Part shown: positions 43,033 through 52,078 of the stretch, in pieces
Numbering within the stretch: the stretch's first letter is position 1
How the letters are laid out: each line of letters starts with the position of its first letter
Source of the DNA: Chloroflexota bacterium
GTDB taxonomy: Bacteria; Chloroflexota; UBA11872
Reading direction: 5' to 3'
Length of the DNA stretch: 64,000 bases
NCBI GenBank assembly: GCA_026707285.1
Contig: JAPOXD010000045.1
Coordinates: 29,384 to 93,383 of the forward strand
Program-made: the position numbers and the translations under genes
The notes under the pieces: model-generated
The model's database searches: none
The model's input: the letters and a program-made list of their open reading frames with translations, nothing else
Told to the model about the DNA's origin: nothing

Positions 43033-43909
43033 CACCGCGACGACCGCGCCCAGCTACGCGCCCACCACGGACGTCGACGCCCCGCTCGACGACAAGCTCG
43101 CCGCGCTGCGGGTCAACCTGCGGCGCATGGCGCGGGTGGTAGTGGCCTATTCCGGCGGCGTGGACAGCAGCCTGCTCGCCAAGGTCGCGCACGACGTGCT
43201 CGGCGACGAGGCGGTGGCCGTCACGGCGCTATCGGCCAGTCTGGCCGAATCCGAGCGCGCCGAGGCGGCGCGAGTGGCGGCGGAGATCGGCATTCGACAC
43301 GAGATGCTCGTGACCCACGAGCTCGAAAACGCCGACTATCGCCGCAACGACCGCATGCGCTGCTTTCACTGCAAGGCGGAGCTGTTCGACTGCCTGCAGC
43401 GCTACGCCGACGCGCACGGGATTCCCTATATGGTCTACGGCCCGGTGGTGGACGACCTGGGCGATTTCCGCCCGGGGATGGCCGCTAGCCGGCAGCGCGG
43501 CGCGCGCGCGCCGATGGTGGAAGCCGGGCTGCGCAAGGCCGACGTGCGCGAGCTGGCCCGCCGCTTCGACCTGCCCACCTGGGACAAGCCGGCCCAGGCC
43601 TGTCTCGCCTCGCGCGTGGCCTATGGAACGGAGGTGACCGTGGAGCGCCTGAGCCAGGTCGAGCGCGCCGAGGCGCTGCTGCGTGCGGAAGGGCTGCACG
43701 AGCTGCGCGTGCGCCACCACGACGCCATTGCTCGCATCGAGGTGCCCGCCGAGGCGCTGCCGCGCCTGGTCGATGACTCGGAGCGCCGCCGGCGCATCGT
43801 GGACGGCATCAAGGCGCTCGGCTTCGCCTTCGTCACGCTGGATCTGGAAGGATTTCGGTCCGGCTCGATGAACGAGGCGCTGCCGCTGGCCGACGAAGAC
43901 GCGCCGTAG
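43016..43909 (+). CDS. larE: LarE-type PP-loop ATP-dependent sulfur transferase (adenine nucleotide alpha-hydrolase superfamily)
   Basis: 297-aa ORF overlapping the JAMM gene by 17 nt. It has the PP-loop SGGVDSS, the family pattern RCFHCK, and ACLASR containing the LarE active-site Cys position. Confidence 0.75.
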   Translation: MGTPISTATTAPSYAPTTDVDAPLDDKLAALRVNLRRMARVVVAYSGGVDSSLLAKVAHDVLGDEAVAVTALSASLAESERAEAARVAAEIGIRHEMLVTHELENADYRRNDRMRCFHCKAELFDCLQRYADAHGIPYMVYGPVVDDLGDFRPGMAASRQRGARAPMVEAGLRKADVRELARRFDLPTWDKPAQACLASRVAYGTEVTVERLSQVERAEALLRAEGLHELRVRHHDAIARIEVPAEALPRLVDDSERRRRIVDGIKALGFAFVTLDLEGFRSGSMNEALPLADEDAP

Positions 43910-43962
43910 GGGCGGCCGTACCCGTCGCCCTTCGGCGTAGGGGCAGCCCTAGTGGCTGCCCG
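43906..43962. repeat. REP-like hairpins, family A (one degenerate plus one good unit, direct orientation)
   Basis: The degenerate unit gtaggggcggccgtacccgtcgccc (43906-43930) overlaps the larE stop. The good unit gtaggggcagccctagtggctgcccg lies at 43937-43962. Confidence 0.7.
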
Positions 43963-43977
43963 TCGAAGCTTGGCCGA

Positions 43978-45387
43978 TCAGCCCAATTCCGCGTCGCGAG
44001 CCGCGCGCTCCTCGGCGATCAGTACGGCGGCGGCTACGCCGAGGTCGGTGGTCGGACGCTGGCTGAACCGGTCGCTCATGTGGCCCGGCTCCCCGGGATC
44101 CCTGGGCAACTGCACCGCCATTTCGGTGTATTCGCCGGGCCGGGATTCCGGCACGATCTGCCCGCCGTGCTCGCGGACGATTTCGTGGGACAGCGTCAGT
44201 CCCAGCCCCGTGCTCCGGCTGCTCTCCTTGGTGGTGAAGAAGGGGCTGAAGATCTTGGCCGCGACCTCGGGCGTCATGCCAACGCCGTTATCGGCGATGG
44301 TCACCTCCACGCCCTCGGCCGTGCGCCGACTCCCGATGCGCAGCTCGGGCGCATAGTCGTCACCGTCAAGCCCGGCCCGCTCCGCCACGGCGTGGCAGGC
44401 GTTGGCGACCAGGTTGGTGAACACGCGGGCCAGGTCCTCCGGCACCGCGACGATCCGGCCCACATCCGGGTCCAACTGCTCGCGGAGCTTGGCCGAGAAT
44501 CCGGGCATTTGGGCCTGCGCGGCCTGGTAGGCCAGGCTGGCCTGCTTGGCCAGGAGCGGATTCAGGTCCACCGGCTCGAACGCCCCGTCGCCGCGACGTC
44601 CCATCACCAGCAAGTCCGCGATGATCCGGTCGGCGCGTTCGCTGTGCATCACGATGCGCCGCATGTTCTCCACCAGGTCCTCGGTCAACTCGTCCACCGT
44701 CTCGAGATCGCCGTCGTCGGGCTGCTCGGGCGCTTCCTTGATCTGGCCGGCAATGACCTCGGAGTTCGAGGCGAAGTTGCGGATGAACTGCAGCGGGTTG
44801 CGAATCTCGTGCGCGACGCCGGCGGACAGCTCGCCCAGCTCCGCCAGCTTCTGCTGGCTGATGATGCGGTCCTGGCTCTTCCGCAGCTCGTCCAGGGTCT
44901 CTTCCAGCGTGGCGTTCTTTTCCTGCAGCTCGTCGGACAGCTTCTGCACCAGGTCAAGCTGCATGGCCCGGATGGAGCTCTGCCGCAGCGTCTCCAGCGC
45001 CAGGCACGCCTTGGACACCTCGTCGTTGCCCCTGGGCTCGATGCGGTACTCGAAGTCGCCCATGCCCAAGCGGCGGATCCAGGCCTCCACGGCAATCGTT
45101 CGGATTCCCACGTGAAGGACCAGGGCGGCCTTGACCAGTGTTACGGCCAGCGTCGTGCCGGCAAGGACAATCAACACCACGTTGCCGTGCAGCACGGCGA
45201 GCACCGTCGTGGCCACCAGGAGTCCGATGACCACGAAGATCAGCAGGAAATGCTGAATCGAGTAGCGCCTGATCGAAAACTTCGACAGCCCGAACGGGTC
45301 GTTGCGTTCGAGGGGCTGGTCGGAGATCGGGTCCGGGCGGTTCATCGAGTCACTCTCTTCCGGGTCCTCGCGCATTGTGCCCGCCAT
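43978..45387 (-). CDS. sensor histidine kinase (2 TM, HAMP-like linker, HisKA, HATPase_c)
   Basis: 469-aa ORF with H-box AHEIRNPLQF, N-box NLVANACHA, G1 DNGVGM and G2 GLGLT. No response regulator gene is adjacent. Confidence 0.85.
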   Translation of the reverse strand: MAGTMREDPEESDSMNRPDPISDQPLERNDPFGLSKFSIRRYSIQHFLLIFVVIGLLVATTVLAVLHGNVVLIVLAGTTLAVTLVKAALVLHVGIRTIAVEAWIRRLGMGDFEYRIEPRGNDEVSKACLALETLRQSSIRAMQLDLVQKLSDELQEKNATLEETLDELRKSQDRIISQQKLAELGELSAGVAHEIRNPLQFIRNFASNSEVIAGQIKEAPEQPDDGDLETVDELTEDLVENMRRIVMHSERADRIIADLLVMGRRGDGAFEPVDLNPLLAKQASLAYQAAQAQMPGFSAKLREQLDPDVGRIVAVPEDLARVFTNLVANACHAVAERAGLDGDDYAPELRIGSRRTAEGVEVTIADNGVGMTPEVAAKIFSPFFTTKESSRSTGLGLTLSHEIVREHGGQIVPESRPGEYTEMAVQLPRDPGEPGHMSDRFSQRPTTDLGVAAAVLIAEERAARDAELG

Positions 45388-45455
45388 GCCTCGCTCGCAC
45401 GCGGGCCATGGTAGTTTCGCACCGGTTCGGTAAAACGGTGGGCGGGGGGTAAGCG

Positions 45456-45584
45456 ATGGACGACCCTTCGCCGGGCCCTGTCAACGACCCCTCCGGCTGC
45501 CTCGGCTGGGGCTGCCTGATCCTGGTGGTGGCCATTGCGGTGCCGGCGATCTTGAGCGCGACGGGCGTTTGCGCCGCTGCGTAG
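45456..45584 (+). CDS. small Cys-containing membrane peptide ORF, 42 aa (MDDPSPGPVNDPSGCLGWGCLILVVAIAVPAILSATGVCAAA)
   Basis: Hand-translated and below the ORF-track cut-off. Purine-rich GGGGGG lies upstream and there is one TM segment. Tentative. Confidence 0.25.
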   Translation: MDDPSPGPVNDPSGCLGWGCLILVVAIAVPAILSATGVCAAA

Positions 45585-45599
45585 CCGGGGTCTGGAAGC

Positions 45600-45628
45600 T
45601 TGCTGGACAATCTTCTCGCCAATAAATT
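45600..45628 (+). promoter_or_regulatory. candidate sigma70-type promoter of the phd-vapC operon
   Basis: TTGCTG (45600-45605), 17-nt spacer, TAAATT (45623-45628) in a locally AT-rich stretch. Downstream are tctaga...tctagc direct half-sites and AGGAGG (45648-45653) 5 nt before ATG 45659. Pattern match only. Confidence 0.35.
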
Positions 45629-45658
45629 CTAGACAAGTAATCTAGCCAGGAGGCTCAA

Positions 45659-45919
45659 ATGACCGAGTGGCCCCTGCACGACGCCAAGAATCGCTTCAGC
45701 GCACTGGTCGATGCCGCCCTTTCAGGCGATCCCCAGCAAGTCACCCGCCGCGGTAAGCCCGCGGTCGTCGTGCTGGCCGTCGATGAGTACCGGCGGCTTT
45801 GTCAGGCCGAGAAGGCCGGCGCGCCGACGTTCATCGACCATCTGCTCGCCATTCCCAAGGGCGGGCCGGATGACCTGTTCGATCAGGCCCCGATAAAGCT
45901 TCGCGCCGTGGAGTGGTGA
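45659..45919 (+). CDS. type II antitoxin, Phd/YefM family
   Basis: 86-aa ORF. The pattern W.LHDAKNRFSALVDAAL.G.PQ.VTRRGKPAVVVL..DEY is typical of the family. The stop overlaps the toxin ATG (TGATG). Confidence 0.8.
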   Translation: MTEWPLHDAKNRFSALVDAALSGDPQQVTRRGKPAVVVLAVDEYRRLCQAEKAGAPTFIDHLLAIPKGGPDDLFDQAPIKLRAVEW

Positions 45920-46347
45920 TGTATCTGCTGGACACCAACGTTGTGTCCGCCCTGCGCCGGCCCGACCGACACCCTGGGCCAATCGCGTGGCTTCAGGCCC
46001 AGCGGCCGTCCGACGTGTTTCTGAGCGTGGTGACCGTCGGCGAGATCGAACGCGTCATCGCCCGGCAGCGGCGCCGCGACCCATCGTTTGCGCGGGAGCT
46101 GTCCGTCTGGCTGGACCGGGTGCTCACCTGGTACGGCGACCGGGTGCTCGGCGTCGACGTGCCCACGGCACGGCGCTGGGGTCGCCTGTCCGGCCACCTT
46201 GGGAACGAATCCGCGGACCTGATCATCGCGGCCACGGCGCTGGAGCACGGCCTGACCGTGGTGAGCCGAAACACCAGGCACTTCGAGCCGGCAGGCGTCC
46301 GGGTGTTCAATCCGTTTGGCGAAAGCGCGAAGTCCGACGACGGCTGA
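45919..46347 (+). CDS. vapC: type II toxin, PIN-domain ribonuclease VapC
   Basis: ORF 45913..46347. ATG 45919 gives MYLLDTNVVSALRR... with conserved acidic residues (D in LLDTN, E in VGEIE, D in ADLIIAATA, N/R in SRNTRHF). Confidence 0.85.
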   Translation: MYLLDTNVVSALRRPDRHPGPIAWLQAQRPSDVFLSVVTVGEIERVIARQRRRDPSFARELSVWLDRVLTWYGDRVLGVDVPTARRWGRLSGHLGNESADLIIAATALEHGLTVVSRNTRHFEPAGVRVFNPFGESAKSDDG

Positions 46348-46614
46348 ACGCCGAGAGAACGCCTGAGGCTCTGTCAGATTTCAGACCACGGAGCACAACG
46401 AGGCGACATATCCAGTGCCCGACACCGGAGCGGAGGTGCGACTCTTGACGCGGCCGAAGCTGCCATGTCCGCGCGCGAGGCAGCCGAAGCACGACTTCCG
46501 GCTAAGCGCTGTGTCGGCCGCCTGCGACGACGCTTGCCTCCGCGACCTATGCGCCGGCGGAGTCGGCTTCGATACTCTGATGGCCCGCGTTTTCAGTCGC
46601 GAGCAGATCGAGTC

Positions 46615-47241
46615 ATGCGCATCACGCTCGTCCGGCACGCCGAGTCCGAGGCGAACTTCTCGAATAGGTACGGTGGGCACGATACCGGGCTGACCGACCG
46701 CGGCCGCAGGCAATGCGCCTTCCTGGCTCAGCACAAGGATCGATTCGACGGTGCGCGGATCATCGCCAGCGACCTCGCGCGCGCGACCGAAACGCTTCAT
46801 CTCGTCCTTGGGTCCGCCGTGGACGCGACCCTCGAGCAGGTCTGGCGCGAGCGCGATTTTGGCGGCGCCGACGGGATGCTGGCGGATGCGGCGCGCGCTC
46901 GCTATCCCGCAGTGTTCGATTTCGAGGGTGGCGGATGGTTCGCGGCCAAGACAGAGGACGGTGAGTCCCTCGCCGACGTGGATCGTCGCGTCCGCGTCGC
47001 GCTCGAGGAGATCGTGGCGCGCGACGACAGCCACGTCGCCGTCTTCACCCACGGCGGCCCCATACAGCTTTCGATTTGCGCAGTGCTCGGCCTGGACCCG
47101 CGCACGCACATGCGGCGATTCAACGTCGAGAACACCGCGATTGCGACATTTCAGAGTTCGCCGTGGGGTGTCGTCGTCACTGGGTGGAATGAGGTGTCGC
47201 ACCTGCCGTCCGAGGAGCGCACAGGCGTCTTCGAGGCCTAG
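46615..47241 (+). CDS. histidine phosphatase family protein (phosphoglycerate mutase-like)
   Basis: Inner ATG 46615 of ORF 46465..47241. MRITLVRHAESEAN contains the RH(A/G) catalytic motif, and a later FTHGG motif is present. Confidence 0.8.
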   Translation: MRITLVRHAESEANFSNRYGGHDTGLTDRGRRQCAFLAQHKDRFDGARIIASDLARATETLHLVLGSAVDATLEQVWRERDFGGADGMLADAARARYPAVFDFEGGGWFAAKTEDGESLADVDRRVRVALEEIVARDDSHVAVFTHGGPIQLSICAVLGLDPRTHMRRFNVENTAIATFQSSPWGVVVTGWNEVSHLPSEERTGVFEA

Positions 47242-47284
47242 GGAAGCTCTGAAGAAACCCCCAACTACGCGCCCTAAGCCGTTC

Positions 47285-47338
47285 GTGGTGAGCTTGTCGA
47301 ACCATGAACGGCCCTTCGACTTCGCTCAGGGCGAACGG
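47285..47338. repeat. REP-like element, family D (single copy in window)
   Basis: gtggtgagcttGTCGAAccatgaacggcccTTCGACttcgctcagggcgaacgg carries an internal inverted repeat. Its translation (...VVSLSNHERPFDFAQGER...) matches a repeat-derived pseudo-peptide that I believe occurs in intergenic regions of many bacterial genomes. Only one copy is present here, so repeat status is not demonstrable from this window. Confidence 0.35.
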
Positions 47339-47415
47339 ATCGGGGTCGAATCGATGGGCTTCTTCGGAGCATTCTTAGAAGTCCCACGCAATTCCTAGTT
47401 CCGGCCGTGATTAAT

Positions 47416-48411
47416 TCAGGCGCACCAGGGGGCGTCTGCACTCCAGCGGTTAAAACTGCGGATGGGCTGGCCGGCCAGCCGGGCGCGGGCGTCAAACCAG
47501 AGGTCGCGCCAGGCGTTGTGGTCGGCGAGGGCGGATTCCGGGTTGGAAGCGCTGCGGGCGACGAAGTCGGGAAAGTCGGCGCGGCCGTTGATCTGGCCAG
47601 TGGGCTGATAGCGCAGGTCCATGCTCCAGCGCACGCTGTCGCTGAGGTTGGGAAGAGCGCAGTGGGGCGTGAAGCGAGTCATCAGGAGGACCGAACCGGC
47701 GCGCATCGGGAGTGGCAAGAAGTCGTTTTCATCCAGTGCCTGTGGAGTTATCGCCAGGCCCTCGTTACCGGGGCAGTGATTGAGGATTCCGCCCCGGTGG
47801 CGCCGTGGCCAGACGCCAAGGCAACCCATCTCGGCGGAGACGTCGGTGATTGGCATCCAGACGGTGAGAACCTCGCTGGCGTCGGCATCGGCGGATTGCA
47901 CGCCGATATCCTGGTGGGCCGACGTGGTGAGGGTGTTTTCATCAGGGATGCCGTTCCATTGATTGTCAGTCCTGGCGAGTGAGAGAGGGGTTTTGACGCG
48001 GATGTGTTGGATTGGGCTGGAGGTTATCTCGGGTCCGATGATCGACTCGACAAGGTCGAGCAGGATCGGGTGTGTGAGGATGCTAAAGGCGCCGTTCCCG
48101 AGGTAAATCGGGGTGTCGGAGTCGATTGATCTCCTCTGTGGGAGAGAGATGTCGAATTCTTGGGCGGGAAAGGCGCCGGGGGCGCGGAGAACCTGTAGCA
48201 CACGCTGCCCGAAGGATTCCTCAGAGTCGTAGTGTTTGATGTCGCCGGCCTCAAGCAGGCGGCGAGCGATCCGGTCGAGAATGTTTCCGAGCTCTTCGTT
48301 GAGCAACTTGAAATCGCGGGCCGGGTCCAAGACATCATCGATGACGAGATACCCTTCGCGGTCAAAGAAGTCCCTTTGGCTCGTGCTGAGCCCCCGCGCG
48401 TTGGCGATCAT
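47416..48411 (-). CDS. phytanoyl-CoA dioxygenase (PhyH) family Fe(II)/2-oxoglutarate oxygenase
   Basis: ORF 47416..48456. Start moved to ATG 48411, preceded by GGAGGAAGGA. The family pattern is F..EGYLVIDDVL and an H.D iron-binding motif (SAHQDIG). Confidence 0.65.
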   Translation of the reverse strand: MIANARGLSTSQRDFFDREGYLVIDDVLDPARDFKLLNEELGNILDRIARRLLEAGDIKHYDSEESFGQRVLQVLRAPGAFPAQEFDISLPQRRSIDSDTPIYLGNGAFSILTHPILLDLVESIIGPEITSSPIQHIRVKTPLSLARTDNQWNGIPDENTLTTSAHQDIGVQSADADASEVLTVWMPITDVSAEMGCLGVWPRRHRGGILNHCPGNEGLAITPQALDENDFLPLPMRAGSVLLMTRFTPHCALPNLSDSVRWSMDLRYQPTGQINGRADFPDFVARSASNPESALADHNAWRDLWFDARARLAGQPIRSFNRWSADAPWCA

Positions 48412-48538
48412 CCGTCCTTCCTCCTGTGGCGCTTTGAGGGACCTGGTGACGGTCACAGCCTGAACTCCTCAAGGGATATCGGACGGCCGGGGTCTCCGCC
48501 GCAGGCCGACCGGCCTGCGGCGGAGATTGGTTCCTGCG

Positions 48539-50776
48539 TCAACCGCCGAAATCAAGCTCGACCGGCTCAGCGTCCTTGAAGAAAAACTGCTCGGGGCGCG
48601 CGGGGCCCGGGCTATAGGCCGCTTGCCCATACGGGAGAACCTCCGCCACATTCTCAAGCCGGTTGCTCCGAACGCGCACACCAATGAGCGCCGGCGACAG
48701 GCCGACCGTCCCGATGACCCACAGGTTGTCCACCATGATGCGGTGGATCTCCTTGCCGAGTTCCCGGGCTTCTTCGACCGAGACTCCCTTGGCTCGCTGG
48801 TGGAGTTCCTGCTGGCGCCGGATCTCACTGCCCGCGGGCGGCTCCAACCCTCTGGCACCGCCGGTCTCGTACCAGATCCCGTAGAGCGGGGCGGCAGAGG
48901 CCGCAGAGGCCATGAGAGAGGATCCCGGGTAGAGGAGCGGTGTGTCGTTTCCGTGCAGCGACCAAATCCAGATTTGCAACTCGCCATTTGCCCGTCGCAC
49001 GTTGAACAAGCTGCGCTCGAGCACCTGAAAGTTGACGCGGATGCCGAGGTTCCGCTGCCACATCTGACCCACGGACTCAGCGATGCCCGGAAAGTCCACA
49101 AAGGACGCCGCGACCGAGACAAGATCCAGAATCAACGTGCCTTCGCCATCGCTGCGCAATCGGAAACCGTCGGCATCGCGTTCTGCCAGGCCCAACTCGT
49201 CAAGGATCGCGTTGGCCTTCGCAGGATCGAAGTCGGCATACTTCGTGCGGTACTCGGGCTCAGGGGCGTACGGCGAGCCAGGGGCTGGCGAGGTCGTGCC
49301 GGGCGAACCCAGGCCCACCCAGTGAATCTCGTTTAATTCGTCGCGGTCGATGCCGTGCGACAACGCCCGCCGAAAGTCAAAGGTCTCGAGCCACTTCTTG
49401 ATCTCCGGGTCATCACCTTGCCACGCCTGGTTGAAGTGAAAGCCACCCTCGGTGCCGTGGTTCCCGTTATAGAAACTCACCGTGTAGCCGCCTCTGATTT
49501 CGTTGGCCTTCAAGACGGGTACGTTGCCGATGACGATGTGCCGGACCTGAAAGTCAAGTTCGCCAGCTACGGCCCTGAGGTTCAGTACCTCCAAGTCCTC
49601 GGCAAGATCGGTCCGGATTCGGTCGATGTAGGGCAGCTGATTGCCCTCGATATCCACAGCGTGATAGTAGGGATTTCGCTCCAGCAATACCTGCGGTGTG
49701 CTGTTAGCGGTTAGAGGCTTCCAGGCGGTTGTAACCGGACATCCCGGGTTGCGCACGGGGTGCGCGACCGTCTTCATGTGCTGGACCCAGTTCTCGTAGC
49801 CGGCGTCGCTGGCCAGCTTCGCGGCGTTGTCCTCACCCACGTAATTGGGGTGAAACTGGGATAGGTAGTGCTTGGGTGCCCAGATGCTATTTCCGAGGTG
49901 ACTCGAGGAGAACGCGCCGCCAGGCGGGTTCGAAGCCAGCTGCTCGACGAAAACGAAGTTGGGTGCGCCGAAGCGGACTCTGACCGTGTAGTCGTCCACC
50001 TTCTCCCACGTACCCTGTTCACCTTGGGAGTCGGCATTCCAGGTAGACCCGCCTGGGTGGTAGTCGTCGTTCAGATACAAGTCCTCGTACCAAAACATGA
50101 CGTCGTCAGCGGTAAGCGGCGTGCCGTCGGACCAGCGGTGCCCTTCGCGCATGAAGAAAGTAAAGGTGGTCCCGCCGTCACTGACCTCCCACCCCTTGGC
50201 GATATAAGGGACGACTTTCGTTAGCTGGCTGTTCCAGTACAAGAACGTGTCGTGGAGGATGCGGTCAAAGTTGGCGAGGTCGCCGGGACCAGTGAACGCC
50301 CGGCGCATCGTGCCGCCATAAATGCCAATTCGCCGCAGCGGCCGGTAGACCAACGGCTCCTTGGGCAGCCGCTCCGAGATAGGTGGCAGCCTCCCGGCCT
50401 GCACCAACGCGGTCCATTGCGGCGCCTCGGAGAACGTCTCCGGAATGAAGCCAGTCACGACGTCGACGTTCTCACCGCTGGCCGGCTGGAGGGCCGGTAT
50501 CACCCGCTCGGTCTCAATGACCTTTTCTACGACCTTCTCGACCGGAACTTCCTTGATCACGGTGGTCGCGACCGGCACTTCCACTTCCTTGGTGACGATC
50601 TTCTCCTGGATCACCACCCTCTCGACCGGGACCTCTTTGATCACGGTCGTCTCGATCGGCACTTCCTTGGTGGCGACCTCAGTCTCGCCACAGGCCATCA
50701 GGGCCTGCACGCCCGCTACTCCGACTGCGCCGCCCCCGATCAAACGAAGCAAATGTCGACGCGACAGGCGTTTCAT
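48539..50776 (-). CDS. ABC transporter substrate-binding protein, family 5 (peptide/nickel/opine type), Tat signal, repeat-containing N-terminal linker
   Basis: ORF 48539..50782. ATG 50776 is preceded by GGGGAGG. The twin-arginine signal is MKRLSRRHLLRLIGGGAVGVAGVQALMAC. Then comes a KEVPVE-type repeat linker, then a ~640-aa SBP_bac_5-like body. Confidence 0.8.
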   Translation of the reverse strand: MKRLSRRHLLRLIGGGAVGVAGVQALMACGETEVATKEVPIETTVIKEVPVERVVIQEKIVTKEVEVPVATTVIKEVPVEKVVEKVIETERVIPALQPASGENVDVVTGFIPETFSEAPQWTALVQAGRLPPISERLPKEPLVYRPLRRIGIYGGTMRRAFTGPGDLANFDRILHDTFLYWNSQLTKVVPYIAKGWEVSDGGTTFTFFMREGHRWSDGTPLTADDVMFWYEDLYLNDDYHPGGSTWNADSQGEQGTWEKVDDYTVRVRFGAPNFVFVEQLASNPPGGAFSSSHLGNSIWAPKHYLSQFHPNYVGEDNAAKLASDAGYENWVQHMKTVAHPVRNPGCPVTTAWKPLTANSTPQVLLERNPYYHAVDIEGNQLPYIDRIRTDLAEDLEVLNLRAVAGELDFQVRHIVIGNVPVLKANEIRGGYTVSFYNGNHGTEGGFHFNQAWQGDDPEIKKWLETFDFRRALSHGIDRDELNEIHWVGLGSPGTTSPAPGSPYAPEPEYRTKYADFDPAKANAILDELGLAERDADGFRLRSDGEGTLILDLVSVAASFVDFPGIAESVGQMWQRNLGIRVNFQVLERSLFNVRRANGELQIWIWSLHGNDTPLLYPGSSLMASAASAAPLYGIWYETGGARGLEPPAGSEIRRQQELHQRAKGVSVEEARELGKEIHRIMVDNLWVIGTVGLSPALIGVRVRSNRLENVAEVLPYGQAAYSPGPARPEQFFFKDAEPVELDFGG

Positions 50777-51196
50777 AACCAACCTCCCCGGTACCAGCCT
50801 CGGATGCGATACCCGCTTTGCTCAACAGTCACGCGTGCGCCGACCGGAGATGCCCGAAACCGGTGCGACGATCCCGATGACGATTCCGAAATCGTGCGCA
50901 TAGCGTAGGCGAGTACCATTGATGCGTCAACGCAGGCGATGCGTACGCTGCCACTTGTGAGGGCCGTTCAGGCTGCGTCTGCCGCTGAGGACGATTTGTT
51001 GTTGAACATCCCTCTCGTATACGATTTCCGGCAGGCGCCGCTGGTTCATCGGACGCGGCGCACCTGGGGTTCGTAAGCGCTCGGTGAGCGGGTGCAGCGT
51101 TCGCTGTTCAAGTGGCGACAGCCCATCATCGCCAGCATTCACACGAGACCATCGACCAAGTTTCTCAGTAGGCGCACGATACGGGGGGTTATAGAC

Positions 51197-52036
51197 GTGC
51201 CAAAGTTCGGCCTGGCCATCTCGTCGAAGTATTTCGTGGAAGATGAGAGTGCGGGGGGGTTGGAGCCGATTGTGCGCGGCCTGGCCGCAGCCGGAATCCG
51301 CGGCTGCGAGCTCGCTGGCAAGCACGTGGAGCCCCCTGTCGATGTCGCGGTGGTGCGATCGGTGCTCGATCGGCATGGCGTGCAGGCCCCAACCATCCAC
51401 CCACCAATCGGCGCAACGAATCTGGGCGCGCTGGACGAGGACCACCGCCAGGCTTCGGTAGCGGAGATCAGCGCGTGCTTCGAGCCGTACGCGGCGCTGG
51501 GCGGCGGCGCGGCGATCGTGCATCCCAGCGGCAGTGGGGTTCCACCCAACAGGTCACTCGAATGGGACGAAGGGAACCGCGCGGCGCACCTGGATGCCTT
51601 CCGTCGCTCGCTGGACGAGTTGTGGCGGATGGCCGAGACGCTCGGCATTCGCCTCGCCTGCGAAAACATGCCGTCACATGGCCGGCCCCGGCCGGGGGTC
51701 CTGATGGAAGAGGTGCTGGCCGTGATCGACGGCTACCCCCGTGAGGTGGGACTCTGCCTGGACACCGGGCACGCCTACATGAGCGGGCTCGATCCAGCGG
51801 CCGAAGCGCGCATCGCTGGCGAGCGCCTCATGGCGTTGCATCTGCAGGACACGGACGGCGTGGCGGACCGGCACTGGATGCCTGGCCAGGGAAGGGTGAA
51901 TTGGGCGGAGTTGTACGCGGCGTTGACCACCATGGGATTCGACGGTGCGTGGACGTTCGAAGTCCACATCGAACCCGCTGCGGCCGCGGCGGCCGCCCGG
52001 CGCGTCGCGGACGGCTGGGTGGCCGGGCGGTTCTAG
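51197..52036 (+). CDS. sugar phosphate isomerase/epimerase (xylose isomerase-like TIM barrel)
   Basis: ORF 51092..52036. Likely start is GTG 51197 ((M)PKFGLAIS...). Family motifs: HP, LACENM, DTGHA, H..D. The start is uncertain. Confidence 0.65.
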   Translation: MPKFGLAISSKYFVEDESAGGLEPIVRGLAAAGIRGCELAGKHVEPPVDVAVVRSVLDRHGVQAPTIHPPIGATNLGALDEDHRQASVAEISACFEPYAALGGGAAIVHPSGSGVPPNRSLEWDEGNRAAHLDAFRRSLDELWRMAETLGIRLACENMPSHGRPRPGVLMEEVLAVIDGYPREVGLCLDTGHAYMSGLDPAAEARIAGERLMALHLQDTDGVADRHWMPGQGRVNWAELYAALTTMGFDGAWTFEVHIEPAAAAAAARRVADGWVAGRF

Positions 52037-52078
52037 CTCGGCTGCGCCCAGGCCACGCTTGGCCGGCCGCCCGTGCTA

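Noticed and set aside
46381-47202. ORF 46381..47202 (273 aa, minus strand).
   Set aside because: It is antisense to the well-supported histidine phosphatase gene (RHAES and THGG motifs on the plus strand) and its translation has no motifs.
50927-51523. ORF 50927..51523 (198 aa, minus strand) as a regulator gene in the long spacer of the ABC locus.
   Set aside because: The translation is Arg-rich without recognisable domains. It overlaps the 5' part of the isomerase gene on the other strand and lacks an SD.
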